A stretch of 57,017 bases of DNA, filler included, from Squatina squatina (lineage: Eukaryota): assembly GCA_031763465.1 (NCBI GenBank). It is 3 parts of 3 records of this genome, joined end to end, with 100 filler letters (N's around TTAATTAATTAA, not from the genome) between each part and the next. Parts side by side here need not be neighbours in the genome. Positions count along the whole stretch, not along the records: positions 38,758 to 57,017 come from JARFOE010000100.1; 2 more parts are not named here. One strand, given 5' to 3'. Below are positions 49,290 to 57,017 of the stretch, piece by piece (position 1 is the stretch's first letter; each line of letters begins with the position of its first letter). A program made the translations under genes and the position numbers. Under the pieces are notes generated by a model that did not search any database, was not told where the DNA came from, and worked only from the letters and a program-made list of their open reading frames with translations.

Positions 49290-49900
49290 CGGAGGGGGTG
49301 ACAAAAATTTTGATCCAAAAAGTTGTTATTAAGGAGAGTCTTAAGGAAGGAAAGAGGGGTTGAGAAGCAGTCGAGTTCAGGAAAGGAATTCTGGAGCATG
49401 GCGCATAGATGGCTGCATGGAAGGCCAATGTTGGTGAAAAGGGAGCAATTCACAAGGGATTTAAACACAAGTGTGAAGGTTAAATTTGAGGTTTTGGGGT
49501 TTGGGAACCAATGTAAGTCAATAAGGACAGGGATGATGGGTGAGCAGGACTTGGTATGGGTGTAAGATAGGATACAGGGAGCGGACTTTAGGATAAACTG
49601 AAATTTACAGAGGTGGAAGATCGAAGACAAGCCAGGAGAGAATTGAAATAGTTGAGCCTGGATGGGACAATGGTATTGATGAGGATTTCAGCAGTAGATG
49701 GGCTGAAATAGGGCAAGTGAGGAGGACGTGGGCAGTCTTGGTGATAGAGAGGATATGGGGTTGAAAGCTCAGCTCAGAGTCAAATAAGATGCCAAGATTG
49801 TGAACTGCCTGGTTCGGCCTCAGGAAGTGGCCAGGGAGAGAGATGGAGTGTGTGGTTAGGGAAGGGAGTTTGTGGCAGAGACCGAAGACAATGGCAGCTG
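49290..49900 (-). mobile_element. L2 LINE ORF2 C-terminal fragment, decayed
   Basis: LRPNQAVHNLGILFDSELSFQPHILSITKTA...SPIIPVLIDLHW...FKSL. Confidence 0.8.
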
Positions 49901-50291
49901 GCTTCTCTTTTGTGCTATTGGTCAATTTCACTGGATCATTCCCTGCTCAATCTAGCACAACAGTTTCACAAAATACAGATAATTACTCAAAAACCAATCC
50001 AGTGCAGACAGACTATACAGGATATTTTGCTCATTGATTGGCAGGTTTTAGAGTCACCAATGAGAAACAATAGTTCACATTTCCTATCTCAATGTGGTAT
50101 CATTTTGCTTAACTCAGAATCTATGTTTTTTTGCTGGTACTCGAAATGAGTAGTAGCATTACATAGTTATGCAATACTTTGGATACTAATTATATAAATG
50201 TGGTATTTATGAATGTTAACCAATCTGATCAAAATCTATTTATGTGTGATGTTGGCTAATTCTGTAACTTATCTTCCCTCAACTGCCAAAG

Positions 50292-50441
50292 GACATAGAA
50301 TAGTGTCTGAAATCAAATGTGATGGAGGTTCTACTGTTTTTAGCCCTAATATTCAAGGATGCAACAGTGCTAACATCACCATGTCTACGAATTGCAACTC
50401 AGCACCTAGTGACTCGACAGCCAGGGCTAAAGTGCCTTTGG
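50292..50441 (+). CDS. Putative penultimate exon of an uncharacterised CARD gene (beta-prone/RHIM-like linker)
   Basis: Pyrimidine tract + ccaaag|GA CAT...TTG G|gtaact. 150 bp, phase 1/1, open, encoding HRIVSEIKCDGGSTVFSPNIQGCNSANITMSTNCNSAPSDSTARAKVPL. It splices in frame to the CARD exon across a gap. Confidence 0.55.
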
Positions 50442-51320
50442 GTAACTATTTATGATTTTGAAATTCAAATGTAACAAGATATGCACCAGCAATAAATTAT
50501 TCAGCTTTCGTAGATGATTAGATCAAGCGTTTAAGATGGTAACATNNNNNNNNNNNNNNNNNNNNNNNNNNNNNNNNNNNNNNNNNNNNNNNNNNNNNNN
50601 NNNNNNNNNNNNNNNNNNNNNNNNNNNNNNNNNNNNNNNNNNNNNCCAGAAGTTGGCCTCGCCCACAAAATTAACCACATCTCCAGATCGAATTAATCAC
50701 CATGGTGACTTTCCATTAATTGCGCTCGCTTGTGGCCCTTCATGGAGGTTCTTAAAACTAGCTTTTTTTTAAGCACTCGCACACTAATGAGCATGTTTTA
50801 AAAGCTTTTGAATACAATTGTTTTTTTAATTTACGAGGAAACTGACTACTGCACCCCGATATAACTAGAAAATAGTTTTATATATTTATTAAAAGTGATT
50901 TTCAATAATTTAAAATCATGTTACTCAGAGGTGGCAGATTGACACTGTGATCATAAATACTTGTTTTTTGTGATAAAATCCTTTAAGCTGTTTTAGTCAA
51001 ACTTCATCAAGTCACTACGGTTAAATATAAGGAAAAGTTTTTAAAACAAAATTAAAAAAACAAAATTACATTTTAAAACGGGGCCTGTTTACGCTGGTTC
51101 AGGGCAGAGTTTGCGTTCGGCAATAAGAAATGAGTTTGAGCGGAAATGTGAGGGAAAAAACATTTTTCAAAATGGACGCAACTTTGAGCACAATTTGCAC
51201 CGGAGTCACTGATTGTGCCCAAAGCAGAAACTCTACCTCAAAATTCTGTCTCTGAAAGTCTTGCATTTAAGTATGACATTAATTCCTACATTCTTTTGTC
51301 TGCATTTTCTGAAACAACAG

Positions 51321-51574
51321 ACAAGAAATCCTTTGTGCAAAAAAACTGGGGAAATCTGGTTCAGAAAATAAAAAGTGTTGATGAACTTGCGGATCAAATG
51401 ATGGGATACGGCCTCACTAATGAAATGTATTCCGAAATCATGACCTGCAAAACCTCTGAAGAGAAGATGAGAAAACTTCTACAGTATATGACGGTGACTG
51501 AAAACACTTGTCATCATCTCTTTTCAAAATTGTGTGAGTTGCACTATTGTATCATGGAAGAGCTCATTCAATAA
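51321..51574 (+). CDS. Terminal exon encoding an ASC/NLRP1/CARD8-type CARD domain
   Basis: caacag|AC AAG...CAA TAA encoding DKKSFVQKNWGNLVQKIKSVDELADQMMGYGLTNEMYSEIMTCKTSEEKMRKLLQYM...LFSKLCELHYCIMEELIQ*. The pattern FV......L...I..V..L.D......LT.E.Y..I....T...KMRKL...L...L.E....LVE.L matches ASC-class CARDs. AATAAA overlaps the stop codon. Confidence 0.8.
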
Positions 51575-51825
51575 AGCCAACACCTCTCCGCCAAAAACTG
51601 CTATTTGTCTCAGGTCATTCTGATAAATTTAAGAAAAACTTGCATTTATATAACACCTTTCTCCACCTCAGGGCATCCCAAAGCATTTACANNNNNNNNN
51701 NNNNNNNNNNNNNNNNNNNNNNNNNNNNNNNNNNNNNNNNNNNNNNNNNNNNNNNNNNNNNNNNNNNNNNNNNNNNNNNNNNNNNNNNNNNGGCTGCTGA
51801 ATTTCCCACATTGCAACAGTGATTC

Positions 51826-51826
<1 letters not shown>

Positions 51827-51873
<47 letters not shown>

Positions 51874-51874
51874 T
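51827..51874. repeat. (CTTT)12 microsatellite
   Basis: Perfect tetranucleotide run. Confidence 0.95.
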
Positions 51875-52763
51875 CCTAGTATCATGAAACCTAGCAACTT
51901 CAAACTGTTGCCTCATCAGTTGCCATGCAAGAGGACAATGCAAATTCAAGCATGTGACTGCTTTTTTAGCTGAATACTGAAAGTTGCAGTCATAAAATGC
52001 TGGAGCAAGAAGCCAGTTGCAGAACTGCTGGCGTAATGGATAATGGCATTGCCCAGTTCAGGACTGAGCTATACCAACCAGGAATGTTTAAATCCTGGTC
52101 CAAGCTAAGTTAGATGACGTGGTCAGGTGGAGGATGAAAATCAGTCAGCGTTCCTACTCTCTTGATAGTTAGCCAGTGGGATAGCTTCTGAAAAGTGCTG
52201 ACATCAAGCATAAAGCTCAGTGCTGATGCTTCCTATGATGAAACATGTGTCAGTCCTTCAGTAGAGAAGAGGAAAAAACTGAAATGATCAGAAATTGAAA
52301 CCGTGTGCTGTTTTGTGAACAGTGCAAATCTAGTGGTCAAGAACATATTTCATCCCTTTTGTGATGTCAATTTTTATTAAACTTTATGGTTTTCAAGCAA
52401 CTTTTACAAAAATAATGGCTATGTGAATTTACCCATGTAAAATTAGTTAGTAATCAAACCCTGAAAGATTTGTATGGCCTCCACTGAAAAGTGTTAGTCC
52501 TGTCTCTGATGCTTTTTAATCAAATACTTTAGTAGCATTTCCACTTTATATTGTGAGTTTGCTCTTTTTCTAGTTTGATCGAGTGAGGGTGATCTACAAA
52601 TATGCACTTGACAGAATTGCCAAACAGCAGGCTCAACAGCTCTTTAAAAACTACACTGTCTTCTAAATGGTTTGGGCTGGGTTATTTTACAAGTTTATTT
52701 TCTTTTTCATTCTGCTCTTCTGTTCAAAACTTAATCTAATATTACAACAAACAGAAGTCTGAC

Positions 52764-52983
52764 CTGCAATATGTTACAGGTTGTTTCTTTTTCAATAGCA
52801 CTTCCTGACAAATCGGACAGACATCCTCCGGGTCAATTTCCTTCTGGCGTACGACTCCGACCATTTCTTCAACATTCTGCTTCACCTGAGATTTGCTGGC
52901 GTGTGGCTGTGGAATCTGCTCTGTATGAAGACTGTCCAGCAAAATTTCAATTTCTCGGTCCACAAGACCAAGTTGGAAGGAGT
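52764..52983 (-). CDS. ZSWIM2: ZSWIM2 (MEX) internal exon, start of RING finger
   Basis: ctttcag|AC TCC...TGC AG|gtcaga encoding SFQLGLVDREIEILL...VRQKEIDPEDVCPICQEVLLKKKQPVTYCR. Confidence 0.88.
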
Positions 52984-53901
52984 CTGAAAGGAGTGGAGCC
53001 CCAGAAATTACACGCTCACTCCAGTACTTATGGAACAATCTTAAATCAACAATTAATTCAACATTCTTTTCCTATATCATGTTCCACGCAACATAACATC
53101 CATACAAGGTTTTTACATTATCTAATCATCACTTTATGTTTGGAATAATGCGTAGTTCCGCACAGTTNNNNNNNNNNNNNNNNNNNNNNNNNNNNNNNNN
53201 NNNNNNNNNNNNNNNNNNNNNNNNNNNNNNNNNNNNNNNNNNNNNNNNNNNNNNNNNNNNNNNNNNNGGGAAAAGGGCAGGTAGCTGTGATTTTTGGCCC
53301 ACTGCTGCCCTGCTTCCCCCCAAAAATGGGAATAAAAATCAGCTCCATACACCGTGCTGCAGGTAACAATAGAACTGTGAGAGTTCAAACCTATGAATAA
53401 ACATCAAACTTCTATCCTACTGGGCTTGCAATAATGATACACATTTTTTGCTGTATGCTTATGTAAAATCTATGCTCTTATCAACTGCTACCAATAGACA
53501 AATATGTTAAGTTCCAGAGGTCCACACCTAGTAAATACAAAGCCACCCTGAATTCATTCCATGCTCTGGCTATCTCTGTGAAAAAGATGAATAACAGTTT
53601 GGAGAATGGAAATGGAATGAAGTAGCCAGTCGGGCTGTTGTTCCAGTACCTTTACATCCCAAATATTCTTGGCAAAGGCAAGGAATAATACTGCAACCCT
53701 GAGAAAGATCTTTATGTGAAGAGTGGACAGTGCAAATTTCTGCTCGAGTTTTGTATTTTTCAGTATAAATTATGAAAACACCAAATGATTCTGAAAATTA
53801 GAAAGCTGAGAAATGTTGAGAACTTTCTTTAGTAAATATTAAATAATGGAACCAGTTCCAAATAAAAGCAGGAGAACTCTTGTTAATTTTTGTATACTTA
53901 C

Positions 53902-54051
53902 TTTAAAATATTTAGTTACACCCTCTTCTTTAAGAAGAAATCCAACTGGACCTAATTCTCTCAAAATATATATAGTTGTACTGAGTGCCTGATCTTGATG
54001 CCAGCTAACTAAATCAGTTACCGTTATTCTCAACGGAGCTGCTCGTGACAT
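53902..54051 (-). CDS. ZSWIM2: ZSWIM2 first coding exon
   Basis: ATG at 54051, MSRAAPLRITVTDLVSWHQDQALSTTIYILRELGPVGFLLKEEGVTKYFK|gtaagt. An upstream acceptor ttcttcag at about 54086 implies a 5' UTR intron. It is convergent with FAM171B, as in human. Confidence 0.9.
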
Positions 54052-54689
54052 GTTGAGAAAGTAAGGCTGAGGTAACCTCCAGTACCTGAAGAAAATTAAA
54101 CAATGTTCAGTGAAATTATACAATTCATTCCCACGTCTGTCAATTTTTTTTCTTAACTTACAGCAAAGGTTCATCAGAGTGGTTTATTTAAACGTTATTA
54201 ATCAAGTTGTAATGTGTTAACCTTGGGTGGTGTTACAAGTTTACGACTTTCCATAGATACCTTCTGGGGTTCAGTGGCGTCAGTCACTCCCATAAGTGGT
54301 CTGTGTGTCGTACTTCTATGGGAGTTGACTCACACTGTCCTTCATCTATTTGAACAATTGCGTAACCTTGGGGTGTAACAGTAGTACCCTTGTGACCTGA
54401 ATTGCTTGTGGCTTTTGCATATGTTCTCACGTGTCTCTCCAATCTTTCCAACAGTGGACCGAGAAAAGATTGGGAAAAACATGGCCTGATATGAATCGAT
54501 AAGCTGCTTTATTTCGCAATAAGGTGAACATACAGAATAGCAGTTACGATCAGGCTCATTTAATTCAATTAGTACAAATTATTATTATGTAATAGTACAA
54601 AATAAAGAATAAGCCACACTTCTCAAATCAGTGACTTAAACAAGATAACTTCTAACTTTCCAAAGCATTTAACCCTCTTACTCTACAAA

Positions 54690-55030
54690 AGGCTTTACAG
54701 CTTTCTCTTTAGAAATGTGACTGACTCATGGTTTAACATCCTTCCTAAAGTACAGCACCCTAAATTGGACACAATATTCTAACTGCAGCATAGCCAATGA
54801 TTTGTCTATGCTTACCATTACCTCTTCCTTTTGTACTCTAGCACCCACTTATAAAAGCTGAGATACTATATGCTATTTAAAACAGCTTTATGAATTTGTT
54901 CTCCCAAAGATTTTTGTAACTGTAGTTCTAAGTCTCTCTGCTGCTCAACTGCTTTTAAAATATTACCATGTTGTGTATATTTCCTTTCCTTGTTCTACCC
55001 ACAATATTTCCAACTGACATGTCTCTGCAG
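54690..55030 (-). mobile_element. Old CR1 fragment
   Basis: aattggacacaatattctaactgc... is the reverse complement of the LEYCVQF motif region and is heavily decayed. Confidence 0.55.
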
Positions 55031-57017
55031 NNNNNNNNNNNNNNNNNNNNNNNNNNNNNNNNNNNNNNNNNNNNNNNNNNNNNNNNNNNNNNNNNNNNNN
55101 NNNNNNNNNNNNNNNNNNNNNNNNNNNNNNGTATTCATTACTTTATCAACCTGTGGAGGGGACACTATCTATTAGGTATTAAAACTGCCGAGTTGGTCGC
55201 AAAATTCCATTTCAAATCTCCTATGTCAGGTTCCATCTATGGCAAAATACATTATATAAAAGCACCAGAATTTAACCCCAGTCCAAGTTATGCTGCGGGG
55301 TGGTGCTGTGATAGGGTTTTCAACTGTTAAATATCATGTAATGTTAGATGCTAAAACAGCAATTAATTAAAGTTTGTATCAAAACAGGTTGCGTCTGCAT
55401 GCAATTGCTGGCTCTGGCCACTGAGTGTTGCTGAGGAGCAACCTATGTGTCTTTTAGCTACCCAGCCTCGTTGGCACAGATAAGTACAGGAGGTATGTGT
55501 TTAAGTTTATAAGGAAATCTAATATTTTTTGTAAAAACATTGGACCTTTCACAGCTTTATTGAACTTCCTCCCATCTCTCCCTGCCAATGTCCTTTTCCC
55601 ATGGAAACTCTCAGTACTGGCGACCAAATGAGCCAGCCCCACTATATCATCTTGTGACTGACCCTGAGAAATGCAGCCAGTTAATTCCCCCACCTCTGCA
55701 GTTCACACCCAGTTCGCATGTCCTTCATTTTACCCACCAGCATTTGTTGTCAAGGTCTGCTCAATCGCTCACCAAATACTCAATCGCCTGTGTCGCAGCT
55801 CTTGGATCTGTAAATGGTAGGTAGCTGCATTAAAAAGTGGCCCTTGTGTCCTATCTCTCCACTTCAGTGGTTAGTTTCTGAACCTTTCCCCCACTCTATC
55901 TCATTAAGTAGCAACTTGATCCTTCCCTGCCTTCCCCAAGCATTGACTCAACCCTTGATCCTTCTCTCACTGAGTAGTTCTTTGTTAACGCCCCTCCCCC
56001 ACTGAGCAGCCACTCATCCCTTGCTATCCTCATTCCCCAGCAAGCATCAACAAATCACTGGCTAATTTTCCCCCAATCAATGGCTTCTCCCTACAAGCAG
56101 CATTTTGGCTGCTGTGTCCACCCCTCCCCCTGTCCCCCACTGAGCAGGGAAATTGTTCCTGGCTCACTGATTCTCCCCCATTCACAGAGCATGACGNNNN
56201 NNNNNNNNNNNNNNNNNNNNNNNNNNNNNNNNNNNNNNNNNNNNNNNNNNNNNNNNNNNNNNNNNNNNNNNNNNNNNNNNNNNNNNNNNNNNNNNNGACC
56301 AAGCCGCCTCCTGGGAAAAATGGAAGTTGGCAGTTTGGGGTCGGGTTTGAGAGTTTTAAAATTTTCTCAACTCACCTGACCATCCATTTTTGCTTTCAGA
56401 ACAGTTGTTATCTTTACTGAAGATCAGTGCTGAAGAATAGGTCTCAATCTACACATTTTAACATTCTGCAGTTCTTTTATCTAAGGAAGGGGATAACTGC
56501 TTGATACTTTGTTTAATACAAAATGGCTTATGAATATTTACTACAGTAAACCACACATCTCTGATGATCTATGGTTTGGACTCGAATGAGTTTGGATCTG
56601 TCAATATGAAACAACTAATATTGAACCTAATTCTCAGGGTCAGAGAAATCCAAAGACCCAGCAGCACCAGTTCAATCCCATTCTTCAAATACGAGAGAGT
56701 TGAACACAATTATTGATTCAGTGCTCTAAGTGATGAAAACATCTTGCATCCTGTCAAGTATGAAGCATTTCTGTTACATATGTTTGTCACTTTCAATAAG
56801 GTAAATGCGATTTCAAAATTGGTTTCAGCTCGGCCCTTTGTATCTGGGGCAATGGAATGGTCAACACAGGAAACTGAACTCATCAAGGTGAAAGATTTAT
56901 TTATTTTCCCAACTTGAAGACGGAGGCCTAGAGATAAATTGTCCATGAGATGAAGTCAGATTCTTGGCCTCTAAATTAGGCAGGCTGCAGAAGGCTTTTT
57001 CTTAGGTACATATGAAG

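Noticed and set aside
49964-50020. Possible extra 57-bp phase-1 linker exon of the CARD gene (VSQNTDNYSKTNPVQTDYTG)
   Set aside because: It has a plausible acceptor (acaacag) but is followed by GATATT rather than GT, so it cannot be supported without transcripts.
52020-52260. Possible old tRNA-derived SINE (tggcgtaatgg head)
   Set aside because: Too degenerate to assign boundaries or family by eye.

Overview
Eukaryotic (vertebrate) genomic DNA, very probably a shark or other chondrichthyan, judged from shark-type CR1/L2 LINE tails, Deu-domain SINEs and Penelope/Harbinger relics. It is a fragmented assembly: many short contigs joined by 100-N placeholder gaps. Two artificial N44-TTAATTAATTAA-N44 linkers (18427-18526, 38658-38757) split the window into three unrelated scaffolds. 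Block 1 (1-18426) follows human 17q25.1 gene content: exons of OTOP2, CDR2L, KCTD2, UNC13D, histone H3.3 (H3F3B) and ITGB4, a tRNA-Arg(TCG) gene and a possible GALK1 remnant. Block 2 (18527-38657) follows human 12q22-23: two divergent tandem histidine ammonia-lyase (HAL) paralogs and USP44. Block 3 (38758-57017) follows human 2q32.1: FAM171B and ZSWIM2, plus a spliced gene between them encoding an ASC-type CARD preceded by a putative amyloid/RHIM-like segment. The best leads are that CARD gene, the ancient HAL duplication (with apparent exon-limited gene conversion and a U12-type donor), substitutions at conserved USP44 residues, and a 67-bp tandem repeat that appears to arise inside an LF-SINE-like element. 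Gene names come from my recall of the protein sequences plus synteny, not from database searches. All genes are partial because most exons fall in gaps.
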